The notes: a model not told the origin generated them from the sequence alone. 64,000 nt of DNA from Anthoceros angustus (GCA_010909165.1 MU008158.1:1079478-1143477), one strand, 5' to 3'; positions 12,518 to 24,519 are shown, numbered from the stretch's first letter. A program made the numbers and translations.

Positions 12518-14665
12518 TTAAAAGGTTTTCAGGCCTACATTCTGAATGCTCTCCCAAACCGTGAAGGAGCTCCGAAAAGAATGTTCTACCCCTTCGTTCA
12601 GGATTTCCGACATGGCGGGGTTAACCACGCAGCGAGGAGTCTTGTACTGTGACAGATTGGAACCTCGCCCCACAGCATAGTTTCTCAAGTTTGTGAATGT
12701 TCCCTGCTTGACGAGTTTTAGCTCAAAGGGCCGATGGATCCATTTTTCGTCCTCGTCGGTAGGGCTCGTTGAGCGAGGAGTCCAGCAGGTCACAGCATTC
12801 CTGCAAAACATGCTCTGCATCAGGAGGGCTTGCCGCTGGTGCGTTTTCCAGCTCCCAGTAGATCACATAGTGGCCAGGAGTAGTGGAATGGTCAGCAAAG
12901 CTGGAATAATTAGCAAGAGTGACATCAAGCCCTTGTTCCAGCCTTTCAGTGGCCTTGTACATCACAATCTGCAGCTCAGATTCGTCAGTTTTGTCGGTAT
13001 TGATGCTCAGCATCACTCCTTTGCGACAGACGAACTTGAAGATCGGGAGCGACATGTGGAAGTCTGTCACCTGGAGGATGTCCTCTGTGCGGTAACGGTA
13101 CAATCCTGCTGGAGTGGTGAGAACAAGCTCATACTTTTGGCCCAGCTTTACTTCTGTCAGCTCCACAGGCCTCTGCTCCTCTCGATACTCCACTGCCCCT
13201 GCCACCCCAGCGAGTTCGGCAGCCCTTGCTTCATCCTGTGCTACTGGAAGAAACTCGTAGAAGGCGACCTTTGGCCAGAAGCAAAAGGCTTCAGGATCAT
13301 GGAGAGTCTTCTTCAACGCGAAGGCGCAATGGCCCGCTTCAGAGCAGCCGTAACCAAATGCCAACTTTGGGAAGTCGTTGCTTGTGTACCGATCAAGAAC
13401 AGCGGAGAATGGTTTCATGGGACCCGTACTGGTACAAACTAGGTACTGCAGGTTGGGGAACAGGCGCAGAACAATTCCATTCCGCTGCCCCTCCTTGAAC
13501 TCCTGCTGAATACGGTCTGCGATATCTGGAAGGGGCTTTGACAACACCTAGCAGTTTGAACAACTTGCAAGTTAGAGGTGAAGGCTGTAACGCTCTTTCC
13601 TGAATGATCCAAGACTAATGTGAAGGAATATGAGCCTGCGGACATCACAGTGTATGTACTCACCGTGGACAGGATTGCTTCTCTGATTGCAGAATCGGTA
13701 ACAATGTCCTTGTTCACATCTGCTGTCTTGATGTCATGACACAGGCTTGGCCACCATGCCTCAAGAGATCGGAACAGCTCCGCCATCGAGTACGCAAAGA
13801 CGGACTCAATGCTTTCGACAACATCGGCTTGAGCCAGTAGACAGAGGAGATGACCATACATCGCATGGTGGATATCCTCAGCTCGCAGTACTTCTATCGG
13901 GCTTGCGATTTGGGCCACATGCTTGTGAAAGTACTCGAATTCCTCGGTATCCAGGCATCTTGTTACGACTGTGCTGGCCTTGGCACCACTTTTGGTGTCT
14001 TGCCTCTGTCCTGCAGTGAAGACAACACCAGCCCTCCCTACTCCAGGAGGCAGTTTGCTGGGGAAGCAGCTGCACATACAACAGGCTCACAATGTTACAA
14101 GTAGTGCAGACAAACAACCTTACAGGCTGCAGAACGATATAGGCGATGAACAGTTACATACCTTTGTCTTATTGCTCTTGGATGCGCTAGTAGAAGGCTC
14201 TGAGCGGATTCCTCAGTCACTGGGAAGTACTTCGTTTTACCAGCAGAAGTCCCGGAACTGCACGAGTTCAAAGCACGATACAACTCCGCATATCAGCGAT
14301 CGTGATGTTGGCAAGCTGCTGTTCCAATAAGTGCAAACAAGGAGCAGTGGCAGAACCGTCAACCTTCTGACAAACGCAATAGGAAGGGAGCAGCACAGAA
14401 GAGGCTCCCTGTTCCCGTCCAAAATCTTCTCAAAATCGTCAAGGTAGTCTGCATCCTTAGAAAGGGGCACTCTGGCTTTGAAAGTCTCCAATGTAGTCCT
14501 CTCATCCAAGCCCAGTTTTTGCAGATAATGGCAGGAGCCATGCTTCTCTAAGATGCCTTGCAGCAATTGGTGTTGGACAGTCGCTGAGTCCTCGCTGACA
14601 GCTTCAATTTCCGCTAAAATCTCCTGATCGCTAGGCCACGCAGGCTCATCTCGTGGTGCAGTCAT
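12518..14665 (-). CDS. GH3: GH3-family acyl-acid amido synthetase, multi-exon; two apparent 1-bp deletions near 12725-12745
   Basis: Motifs SSGTSAGKTKYFP, YGCSEA, YEFLP, YELVLTTPAGLYRYRTEDIL, TDKTDESEL, PGHYVIYWEL, QYKTPRC. Restoring one A and one G/C gives the canonical RKNGSIGPxELKLVKQGTF. Confidence 0.93.
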
Positions 14666-15681
14666 GGCTCGAACTAGCTCAATAGCCTGGACGGAAACAG
14701 AAGTTCAGGCTTTCTATCAAGCGCTACTGCTGGTGTGTTGGGAAGAGATCTGCAGAGCTGGGACAGCTGCAGCTACCTGATCAACAATGCACGTGAAGTG
14801 GGCACGAATGATTGAATTGCGTATACTGGATGTCTGGCATCCTGTGAGTCATAAGACCTCTGATCGATCGTAGTCTCTTGTTGCAAGTGTAGTTGGCCAG
14901 CTATCAGATGTCCACATCCTATCTTTCCATTTCCAACCGCATCTGCTGGTTTGGCTTGGCATGTGTGTCCGTAAATTTGCGGGGACAGAATCTCCGATAA
15001 ATGAGCAAATTCAACATATTTCATTGGCGGTTCACCATGGTACGTTGCAAGCTTCAATGTCGGTGGCTGTGTCTGTTAGGCCCAGTATGTACTACGTCCT
15101 CCGTTCATGCTTGGTAAAGCACGAAGCGAAGGCGGATTGGAGCTTACAGTTACGTATAAGACTTGGATCCAAAAAAGATGCCCACGGAACATCACCGAGA
15201 GGCATGACAAGCCTGTGCTCGACAGAGTGTGACGCACAGGCATTTTCTTAAACGCCTGGAATACGGAACGATAATGAAGTTCTGTTGCGAGAGAAAGGAC
15301 ATAAGTCGGGAATGAGGAAAGACGGGTGTGAGTAGTCTAGTCGAAAAGAGCCTGTAATTACAAAGTGAGAATGTCACATCCAGGGCTTCAGGCATGGAAG
15401 GCGTGAGCTACAGATTCTAGAAATCAGCCTTGGGCGCCGTGTAGGAAAGGTTTCTACTGGGGTAGGAAAGGTTCAGACGCATCAGTGTTCTGCGGAATCC
15501 ACCTTTCACAGAGGAACCCAAGTGACCATTCACGATGGGGCTGGTTGGTAGCCTCGAATCTTGGTTGTGCGGTGTTCTTTCTTACAAAAAATAGGTCTGC
15601 CTCAGGTGTTGTAGTAGGTGGCAGAAGTAGTAACTGGCCTGCCAATGCCTTGGGATTGGTGAGATGGAAGGTTTTTCACTG

Positions 15682-16165
15682 CTAGGCTCCCTGGACATTG
15701 ACATTATGGCATACAGGGGTGTGAACTTGCTCGGGTGGCAATTTGGGCACGGTGACAGCCAGGACGCCATACTCGAGAACGGCATCCACCTTCGCTACGT
15801 TGCATGCAGAGGAAAGGTTGTACTTGATGTAGTGCCTGCGGGGAACCCTTCGCCCCTTGTGAATAAACCTCATCTCCAAGCTTTCGGACTTCTCTTGCCT
15901 CTCCCCCCTGATCACCAGTATGCTGTCATTGTGAATCCGAACCTGCAACATTTGCAACATCTTGATAAGTCAGAGCTTCCAGAGTGACCAGGTGCCCGGT
16001 TAGGTCAAGCAAGGAATCTGATAACCTGCCACTCGACCCAAGATCTGGACTTGCCTTGATATCTGCAGCCTTGAGTCCTGGAACGTCACAGAGAAAGAGG
16101 AAGTGATCTGCGTACTCTTTGATATCAACGTCATGCTTAGCAATCATACGCCTCTCCAGTACACT
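15682..16165 (-). CDS. Small heat-shock protein (HSP20, alpha-crystallin domain), divergent class II/III-like; 5' end not resolved
   Basis: DVDIKEYADHFLFLCDVPGLKAADIK | VRIHNDSILVIRGER ... GVLAVTVPKLPPE. The in-frame join needs a GC-AG intron at 15943-16054. Confidence 0.85.
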
Positions 16166-17577
16166 GCATGAAAACCATGGTCAGACTCGGATGCCGGATG
16201 AAAGATATTAGCGGCCTGACCTAGCAAAACCTCGTGTGACTTGCTGTACTGATGGAACCTGATACCTGTAAGGGTGTGAGCTGTGGACACATCCTGCGCT
16301 GGTGGGCAGTTGAAGAAAGGGCTTCCAATTTACAAACAAGAATGTGTGAGTCAAGGTCTTACTCCATGATGCCCAATCTCGGTCTCACTCCATTGCTTGC
16401 CCAATGGATAGCGTGGGCGTCTTGACCACCACCGTCATCACCAGCCAAAGCAGCCGATTCCTGCAATTGCAAATCCCGTCAGCAGGAGCCCTAGCCTGCA
16501 GGTCAAAGCAGCTGGCCACGGGCGTGTTGGCGGGTCAGGACATCCGACACACGGGCGCAAGACCTCTGTAAGGAAGAGGGCAGAGGAACAAAAGGCACCC
16601 CACAGGACCCAGAACAAAACCCGGCCAAGAGGCCGGCTCCTCTTGTCGGCTGCACACCCTGGACAGAAACTGCCGATTCTACCTTCCACTTTCGCTCACC
16701 GAGCAAGATTCTGTCTAACTTTGTTCTCCCAGCACCATGCCTAGGTGCTTGCTTGGCCGGCAAGCAGGCGGAACAACCGAATTCTTCCCCTCAACGATAG
16801 ACAGAAGCGTGACGAGAAGCATAGCGCGGAGTCTGACCTGCCGCAAGTTTGAACCATCACCAGCCGTACTGCAGCTTGTCGATGACCCGATCAACGAGGC
16901 ACAGAGCAAGAAGACAAGCACCGCCGAGCTGGTGGTGTATGTGGGGACAGGAGAGCGCGAAGGGCTCGCTCGAGGGACGCTGCCCTTTCACAGACAGCCA
17001 ACAGAGGCCTTTCCATTCACATTCGGGCTGCCCACGACGTAACCAACCACACGCATCCGTGTTGGGTCATGCCCTGGGCATCCGAAATCCCGAAACGAAA
17101 TCATCCTCAAGACGGAGATGTGGTACCAACGGGATAACAACCAGCTCCTAAGATTTTCAGTTCCCTTCAAATGCTGCATCGCGTCCCACATACCGTCTTC
17201 AGGACAAGAACGTAGCAAGGGAAAGTCCCTGTTGCACTTCCTTTTAAGAACGTTCTCCTACAAGTGCCTTCCCTGAAAAACAAAAGAGAACTTCCCTGGC
17301 CGATGGGTCAGAGACGCTCTATTTGCAAGAACATTGCAGGAGGCAGAACCCACGTCATCCAGCAGGATGCATACGGTGCACTTGTGACTAATGACAATGT
17401 ATTCCATTTGTGGGCGATGGGCAGATCTGAATTATCTCCCTTAAAAATTGTTGTTGTAACAAATGTGATCCGTTCAAGCATTGGTTTGCCACGAATCAGA
17501 GCCCAGGCCTTCATGGCACCGGTGGATCGTGCTGAATTGGTGAGTATCCAACATCAGTTCAATAAATCTGCAATGAG

Positions 17578-18234
17578 CTAGGAGGAGGCAACCACCAGAT
17601 CGGCGAGCTTGAGAGAGAGCTGGTGCAGGTCAGGCCCGCGGCTGGCGACGGGGCTCTGGTACAAGGTGAGGTTCCACTGGTTGGTCTGGAGGGTGGCCGA
17701 GGAGTCAGCGGGGTCGGGGCCCTGGGCGACGGTCTCCTGGTTGGCCAGGCCCCAGGCGAGGCTGAAGGCGCCGGTGCCGCCCACGATGGTGAACTCCCGC
17801 ACCCGGTTGCTGCGGATGCTGGTGCCCTGCACCAGGAGGCTGCCCTGCACGCCCTTGTAGTCGATGAGGAAGGTGAGGAAGAGCGAGGTGTTGTTGCCCA
17901 CGCCGGTGATGTCGGTGGAGCTGCCGATGCCCTTGATCCGGCCCACCAGCGGCGAGGCGGCCTGGTCGCTCTGCTGGAACGGGTCGTCCGCCACCAGCAC
18001 GCTGCCGAATCCTACGCTCCCCGGCGCGCCCAGGCTCGCCACCGTCACCTCCGTCCCCTTGGCTCCCGCGAACCGCACATGCGCGTACCCCTGGATCGTG
18101 AGCGACGTCGTCACGCTCCGGCTGGGCAGGTGAATCAGCTTCCTCTCCCATACCCGAGCCTCAGAGGACGACGGCGCGTTGAGGAGCAGCAGCACCGCCA
18201 GGGCCAGCCACACGCCGGGGCCGAGTCTCGCCAT
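17578..18234 (-). CDS. Dirigent protein 1, secreted, intronless, 218 aa
   Basis: Signal peptide MARLGPGVWLALAVLLLLNAPSSSEA; FGSVLVADDP, GRIKG, GSLLVQG, REFTIVGGTGAFSLAWG; N-glycosylation sequon NNTS. Confidence 0.9.
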   Translation of the reverse strand: MARLGPGVWLALAVLLLLNAPSSSEARVWERKLIHLPSRSVTTSLTIQGYAHVRFAGAKGTEVTVASLGAPGSVGFGSVLVADDPFQQSDQAASPLVGRIKGIGSSTDITGVGNNTSLFLTFLIDYKGVQGSLLVQGTSIRSNRVREFTIVGGTGAFSLAWGLANQETVAQGPDPADSSATLQTNQWNLTLYQSPVASRGPDLHQLSLKLADLVVASS

Positions 18235-20147
18235 GTTGCAAAATTCGCAGGCCCGGCTGCTGGTGACCAGGGAGTTGGGCTGAATTGGACTGGACTGGGC
18301 TGGAGTTGGGCAATGGAGAGGCGGACAATCGGAGATGTGGAGGAAACGGTGGCGACGGCACAACAGGATTGCAGGCGGAGCAGAGATGGATGGAGGGCAG
18401 GTCGCAGCGTGTACAAAGCGGCGGGAGGCGAATTCGTGGGTGAGTGGGTAGGTGGGTGGGAGAGACGCGTCCTGCTGTGGAATGTGGGATGTTGTGCAGC
18501 TCCGGAGCCTCTGATCATCGCCTAAAAGGCCAACGGTGACTAAGTAGCTCATATATTCGACCACCCAGTCTTCATGACGACTGTGAGTTCCAAAGCAGAA
18601 TGCGACTGAGACTGGCGAAGGACTTGGGTTAACGTTGAAGCCGGCCTTCGGATATTGAGCCACATGGCGGCCCGGCCCTTTTCTACTTTCAGTTGCTTTG
18701 TTCTTTTCACTCTTGCTTTCGAAATATTTCTCTCATCGTCTTCCCTCTGGCATTCCTCGTGCCCTTCAGTTAGCTCCAGAAAGAAGGTGTCGTGTACCTT
18801 CCCTCCTGCCATTCTGGAGCCCACTCCCCTACGCGTTTTCTCTCGGTTTTTCTCTGTGGGCACCAGTCAAGGTGTGCTCGTCACAACAACAGCATGCATG
18901 TACATCACTTTGCGAATGACCTGTGATGCCAGGACTTGGTCAACACACGGTGAACGGAACTCCGAACGGAACTCCGAGAGGACATTGGTGCAGGGTTCCT
19001 CCGTCCATTCGGACATTAGAATGAGAAAGACGTGACAAGGTTACAACCGAATTTGATTGACAAGGCCATGAATCCAAAGGCTTTTATATGCCTCTGTCTT
19101 GTTCCTCGGAAGAGTAGCATGGTTTGGAATAACAACAAACATGGCTACTTGACTAGTTAGCCGAATGTATTTCCTTGTCAATTGGTTCTAGGGAAAGAGT
19201 TCTAAGCTTGTCATTCTACAAATGTGCATCCATCTTAAGCTCTTTGTTGTTGTGATTGGTTCGCCTATATTGCCCTTGAAAGCTCATAGGTAACTATCTA
19301 CTTATCGTCAAGGAGATGTTACTATGTGCAGCTTCTCCAATCGGTTTAACCAAATGTTCTTCACAATATCCTTGGAATTTGAATGCTTTAAGTTTCCAGC
19401 GCTACTAGAAGGGCCATTTGGAGCCTTTAAGGTTCAGGACATTCTCATCAATTCTCGATCTCGGAGGCCTTCTCCTAGACAGGGTAAAAGTCCCGGCGCG
19501 CTTTAACTGGGAATCCCGCGTTTTGTTTCTTTACAGTAATGTGGAGAAGCATGTGCCGTCTCCTCTCTTATTACCATAGGGTGTAAACCGATGGGAGATA
19601 GACGTGCTGACGGAGAAAAGGGACCCACATTCCACGCAAGAAGGTCTCGGTCCTCATAAAACGCGGTTACCTAAGAGCTTACGGGTCCTCATAAAAGGCG
19701 GGTTTGCCATTGCAAACCCAGTATTGTCACGGATCGCAATTCCTCCGATCTGCCCTATCGAGAAAACATACTGTACATTGTGCACCTACAAGCTGAGGAA
19801 ATCAAGGAGAAAAGAGCTGGCCAGGTGCCGGCACCCATAGAAAAATAACACGATATTAAACACAAACAATTTGAGATGAGTACGATGTGCAGCTGAAGGC
19901 TGAGGAAATGAAGGAGAAAGAACCAGGTGCCGGCATCCATTGTAGATGAGCCCGGAGCGTTGTACAACTGCTAGATTGAAATCGTGAAAACAGCTCATTT
20001 TCGCTCCACAATGAATTCGCAAGCCGATACACAATTCAAGATCAAGAGCAGTTCAGTTCCGCTACATCTACATTATTTGCGGCAATGCAGCCTTGTGCGT
20101 TCAATTGAGGATGCCTTGACTAGCGCCATAGCTGCAGCGCACAATGC

Positions 20148-20765
20148 TTACTGAACCACCAGATCCGACGCCTTCTTCTTGAGTTGGGAGAGGTTAGGCC
20201 CGAACGCGTCCGGGTAGATGGTGAAGATCCACTCGTTGGTCTGGAAGAAAGCCTTGGGGTTGGCAGGGTCGGGCCCCTGGTTCAGGGTCTGCTGGGTGGC
20301 CAGGCCCCTGGCCAGCAGGAAGTCCTCGGTGCCGCCCACGATGCTGAAGGTGCGGACGGTGTTGCTCTTGATGCTGGTGCCGTGCACCTGGATGCTGCCC
20401 TGCAATTTCTTGTAGTTGATGAGGAATGTGAGGAAGAGCGAGGTGTGGTTGGTGTTGTTGGCGCGGTCCGTGTTGGCTCCGATTCCCTTCACGCGGCCCA
20501 GTTGAGGCGAGCTGGTGCTGGCGGTCTTGTAGAAGGGATCGTCAGCCACGATGACGCTGCCGAACCCGAACACGCCAGGCGCGATGGTGGCCACCGTCAC
20601 CTCCGTGCCGTTGGGTCCCTCGATGTGGAGGGTCACGAAGCCCCTGATTTTGAGCGGCTTGAGGCTGCCGGGCTCGGGCTTGTATGCCTCCGCCAGGGAC
20701 GCATCCAGCACCACCAAGGCCGCCAACAGGACCGAAACGTTAACCCACGTCCTCAGTGACGCCAT
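20148..20765 (-). CDS. Dirigent protein 2, secreted, intronless, 205 aa; tandem paralogue of 1
   Basis: Signal peptide; FGSVIVADDP, GRVKG, SLFLTFLI, RTFSIVGGTEDFLLARG; collinear with dirigent 1. Confidence 0.9.
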   Translation of the reverse strand: MASLRTWVNVSVLLAALVVLDASLAEAYKPEPGSLKPLKIRGFVTLHIEGPNGTEVTVATIAPGVFGFGSVIVADDPFYKTASTSSPQLGRVKGIGANTDRANNTNHTSLFLTFLINYKKLQGSIQVHGTSIKSNTVRTFSIVGGTEDFLLARGLATQQTLNQGPDPANPKAFFQTNEWIFTIYPDAFGPNLSQLKKKASDLVVQ

Positions 20766-21424
20766 TTTGGATTCTGTTCCCGTTCCTCCCCCGCCGCTGC
20801 ACTGCACAAGCAGATGATCGTCTCGACCACTCTCCTGCCCAAGAGCCCACAAAGCGAGACGATCTTCCAGACGATCTTCCACGCGGTTGGATCGACAATA
20901 GCTGGGTCTGGTACACGATCGAGGCCGATCCACAAGAGCCCACGGTATTGGTGCAGTGAGGGAGGGGGGACGGAGATGGGCGATTTATACGACTCCCGAG
21001 GGGCCGCATCTGCATTGGATGGATTTTTTCCTGGAACTCGGCGAGCATGGATAAAATTAGACGGACGCTGTCATCACCCACAGGGTCAGCGACCGCGATC
21101 GTCGATCCTAGGTGCCAAAGGTCATGCTCTGCTGGACCTGCCCAGCTTTCTGTCCAGAGTCATCCGCTTTCAGTCAACTGTGGCCAGTCCGTCAGACCAA
21201 CATGCGTATTTACTTCTTGAAACTGGTATACCGAATTACGAGAAGTCGCGGACCCCGGACATTCCTCATTAAACGTGCCAACCTAGAGCTTGATACTTCA
21301 AGGTGACGGTGGGTTTACCACGGGAGCTTACTATCTGGGCTGGGGGCAAAGTGCACCATAAACCTCCCGGGAGGTGGAGGACTTCGCTACTAATAGGTAG
21401 CCGATCTTATCATCAATGTATTAG

Positions 21425-21472
21425 CTTGAGCTTGAGCTTGAGCTTGAGCTTGAGCTTGAGCTTGAGCTTGAG
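21425..21472 (+). repeat. (CTTGAG)8 microsatellite
   Basis: Eight perfect hexamer copies. Confidence 0.97.
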
Positions 21473-22147
21473 CCCAAGCTATGCTTTCACACTTTTTCGT
21501 GGCGATCCCCTCCTTTGTCAGCGTGCTAATCTGCTAATCGGTGTTGGAATTGAGGGTAAAAGCTGGAGAGCTTGAAATAACTGAAGCAAGTGAGTACGCA
21601 AGTACTTACAGTAAAAAGTGCACTGTTGCCTATCCGGGGACGACGTAAACAGTTACACAGCCACTTGCGGATGAGTGTAATAAAAGTGACAGTCTGGTTG
21701 CCCAAGATGCGTGTATGTATCTCTATAATTCCCCCGAGTGTTGACAAGTAGACACTCGATATTTGGGTTCCCGCCACTTTCCGTGCGGGATACAGTCACT
21801 TGCCTGTTTTTGGTAATAACAAGGCCACTTGGCCACGTGCGATCACGTCTCGTTCGCTGTGTCCAATGCATAAAAACGTTCTCTACTGTCATAACGTGGT
21901 TTGACGATTGACGTGGATGGAGTCGGACTGGAATAAGCATCCGTCGGCCCTACACACTCACAGGGAGCGCCTCCCTCCTTCTCCCTCCTCACCTTGCTGC
22001 CCTGCTGATCGGGTCTTTCTCTGTGTGTTTGTTTTGTCTGTGGCTTCCCGTCCACGGGTCCGCGGCCGTGAGAAGAAGTTAGGAACGTTACAATTTCCGT
22101 CAGGGCCCTCGTTTCTCCACCGGGCTGAGACAGTGGCAGGATTGGAA

Positions 22148-22334
22148 CTCGTCGAATACCAGGATCTCCCGAACTTGCACGTGGTGAGACTCCCGGCCGC
22201 CGACTCCTGGTCCGTGGGCGACTCCCGAAGCACAAGGCGGGCGTCTCGTCGAATACCAGGATCTCCCGAACTTGCTCGTGCTGAGATTCCTGGCCGCCGA
22301 CTCCAGGTCGGTGGGCGACTCCATAGGCACAAGG
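22148..22334 (-). pseudogene. Two tandem 97-bp copies of a dirigent gene fragment
   Basis: Each copy reads ESPTDxESAAxxLxTxKFGxILVFDE (one frameshift), matching ESPTEWESAAGDPSRDKFGRILVFDD of dirigent 3 at about 42430-42510. Confidence 0.8.
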
Positions 22335-22604
22335 TGGCTTAAACGGAAAGTAATACAAAGTTCGAAACGTTGTCGACCATAAATAACGCCGCTAGTTCTG
22401 TCCTCCTCCACAAATCGATTGTTCATTTTTTGAAATGGGGACTTTATCGATGTTCATCCCTGGGTTCATCGTCTTAGCCATCAGCAACCTTTTAAGTCCT
22501 GATTTTTTCGACCATAAAAAACGTCAATAGTTCTGTCCTTTTCCTCTCTGTCCTTCTCCTCTCAAGTTACCATGTGTAGGGGAATCAGAACTCTTGCTAA
22601 AAGG

Positions 22605-22880
22605 GTTAGGATTGCATAGGAGGATGCTGGAGAAGCCATGATAGGGAACCATTGTGGGAGGATGTAGGAGGATGCGGGAGGATGAGGATTGCTTAGGAGG
22701 ATACTGGAGGCAGCCATGAGAGGGAACGATTGTGGGAGGATGTAGGAGGATGCGGGAGGATGAGGATTGCATAGCAGGATGCTGGAGGTAGCCATGAGAG
22801 GGAACGATTGTGGGAGGATGAAGGAGGAGGCTGGAGGATGTAGGAGGAGGCTGGAGGATGTAGGAGGAGGCTGGAGGGAG
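22605..22880. repeat. 78-bp tandem repeat x3 plus GGAGGATGTAGGAGGAGGCT-type short repeats
   Basis: GGGAAC(C/G)ATTGTGGGAGGATG at 22644, 22722 and 22800. Confidence 0.9.
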
Positions 22881-23142
22881 CGATGGCACATGCATGCGAA
22901 GGAAAGTAATATTGTCGAGGCCAAAATATGAGGGATCAATCGTAGGATATGGGTGCATGTGGATAAAAAGATTGAAGTGGAAGTTTCGTAACGCTTGGGA
23001 TACAATGTGGTCATACTCTTTCCACTTCCTATGGTTTATATTTCCTCATCTTCATCATCATGCCCTCCATACCATGTTGTTGGTGCAATAGCAAGGTCCA
23101 AGAGGTCGTGGCGGCGGGGCCGGCAATGAGCCAGGTTCCAAG

Positions 23143-23353
23143 TTAGGGTCCCACAGGTTTAGGGTTTCACAAGTATAAGGTTTCACAGGTTTAGGGTTTT
23201 GCGGCTGCTGATCTTCTAGGTTTAGGGTTTTACAAATTTAGGGTTTCACAGGTTTAGAGTTTTACGGCAACTGATCTTCCAAGTTTAGGGTTTCATAAAT
23301 TTAGGGTTCTACAGGTTTAGGGTTCTACGGCAGCTGATCTTCCAGGTTTAGGG
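23143..23353 (+). repeat. Telomere-motif composite repeat, 63-bp unit x about 3.3
   Basis: Eight exact TTTAGGG plus variants; CTGATCTTC at 23208, 23271 and 23334 (period 63). Confidence 0.93.
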
Positions 23354-23436
23354 ATGGATACTAGCTATATTTGACAAACAAATAAGAGAATGGAGCACCC
23401 TAGTTTTGGATAAGGTTCTTTCATAATATTTTTTTC

Positions 23437-24515
23437 ATGGGGCCTCCTTCCGCTTCTGAGAAGGACACTTGTTGCCCCATCTGCAGAATTTTATATCAGG
23501 GTATTGTTGGTGCAAAGAGGCACATGAGCATGATGCACAAGGACTTTGGCCAAAATGCATGGGAGGCTCAGGTGAGAACTACATCTTTCGGCGTTGCTGC
23601 CCCTTTCTCCTCTCGTCGGGCTGCTTCCTCCCTGGAGGCTCTGCCAGAGTCTTGGCAATGGTTGCCGACACAGTCTGATCATCTTTTGGCTTTTTATAAC
23701 ACATCTCTGGGGACCCCGCCTTTTTCGGCGTCTTCCCCATCGATTGCAAGACGATGTCTGCTTGGCCTACAAACTTCCCTTGGAGCGCCTCACGCAGAAC
23801 TCCCGGGATGAAGCATCCTAGAATTTGTTCCTTTTTCTTTCGTGGTGGTGTCTCCATCGCTCTAGAGGTGGGAATTAGTCCACATGTGAGGTTGCCTCCC
23901 GGCCCGCCATTTGTAGCCGGATCGCGGGCTCTTCAGAAGAGGGGGTCACGCCGATCGAGGTTGGAATCGGCTAAGCTTAATCAGGTTTGTCAAGACCTCG
24001 TGAAGGTGCATATCAAAAGGTGCCTCCTGCTTGGTCGAGCATGCGAGTATGCTAGGGCTGCCCTGGCCCTTCGGCAGGAGCCGGTGGCTCCAGCGTCCGA
24101 GGAGACGATTGCTGCTCTTCGGGCCCTTCACCCATTTTTAGATGTCCTCATCCCACCAGATGTCTTGGAGTTTGTGGATAAGGAGCCCCATCAATTGGAT
24201 AGAATAGTTTTGGTGGCGAACTTCCTTGCCCGCCTCTTCCGGGGGCTTTGAATTGTCTATGATTACCTCCGTAACTACTTCTCTCCTGAGGATCCTTCTA
24301 ATGGTTTTTTGTAGCTCTTTACCCTGGCGGCAGCAGTGGCGCGGGGGAGGAACCCCCATCGGATTTCACGGGTGTTGGGGGCTAGCAGGCTTTTGACTAT
24401 GGAGAAGCCCACTTCGGGGGTGTGCCTTATCACCTTGGAAGAGGCACTCCTATGTCTTATTGGTCGCAGCATTGCCCTGTAGCTCAGGCAGCAATTCCGA
24501 GCTCATCTGTAATTC
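23437..24515 (+). mobile_element. 5' part of a CRE/SLACS-like (R2-group) non-LTR retrotransposon ORF, degenerate
   Basis: C2H2 finger CPICRILYQGIVGAKRHMSMMH; NLFLFLSWWCLHRSRGG; GRACEYARAALALRQEPVAPASEETIAALRALHP; RVLGASRLLTMEKPTSGVCLITLEEALLCL (RT subdomains 0-2 pattern). Ends before the YxDD motif. Confidence 0.75.
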
Positions 24516-24519
24516 CCAT

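Noticed and set aside
16400-17575. Several short ORFs between HSP20 and dirigent 1
   Set aside because: No recognisable domain or consistent exon chain.
17623-18525. 300-aa plus-strand ORF, with similar long ORFs at 12693-13442, 20184-20759 and 58330-59268
   Set aside because: Shadow frames antisense to GC-rich real genes (dirigents, GH3, RAD23); no independent motifs.
22148-23353. 97-, 78- and 63-bp periodic repeats as a possible CRISPR-like array
   Set aside because: Whole units repeat with no unique spacers, there are no cas genes, and the context is eukaryotic.
23143-23353. Relic of a chromosome end-to-end fusion
   Set aside because: Single orientation, short, and interspersed with fixed non-telomeric linkers; no head-to-head TTTAGGG/CCCTAAA junction.
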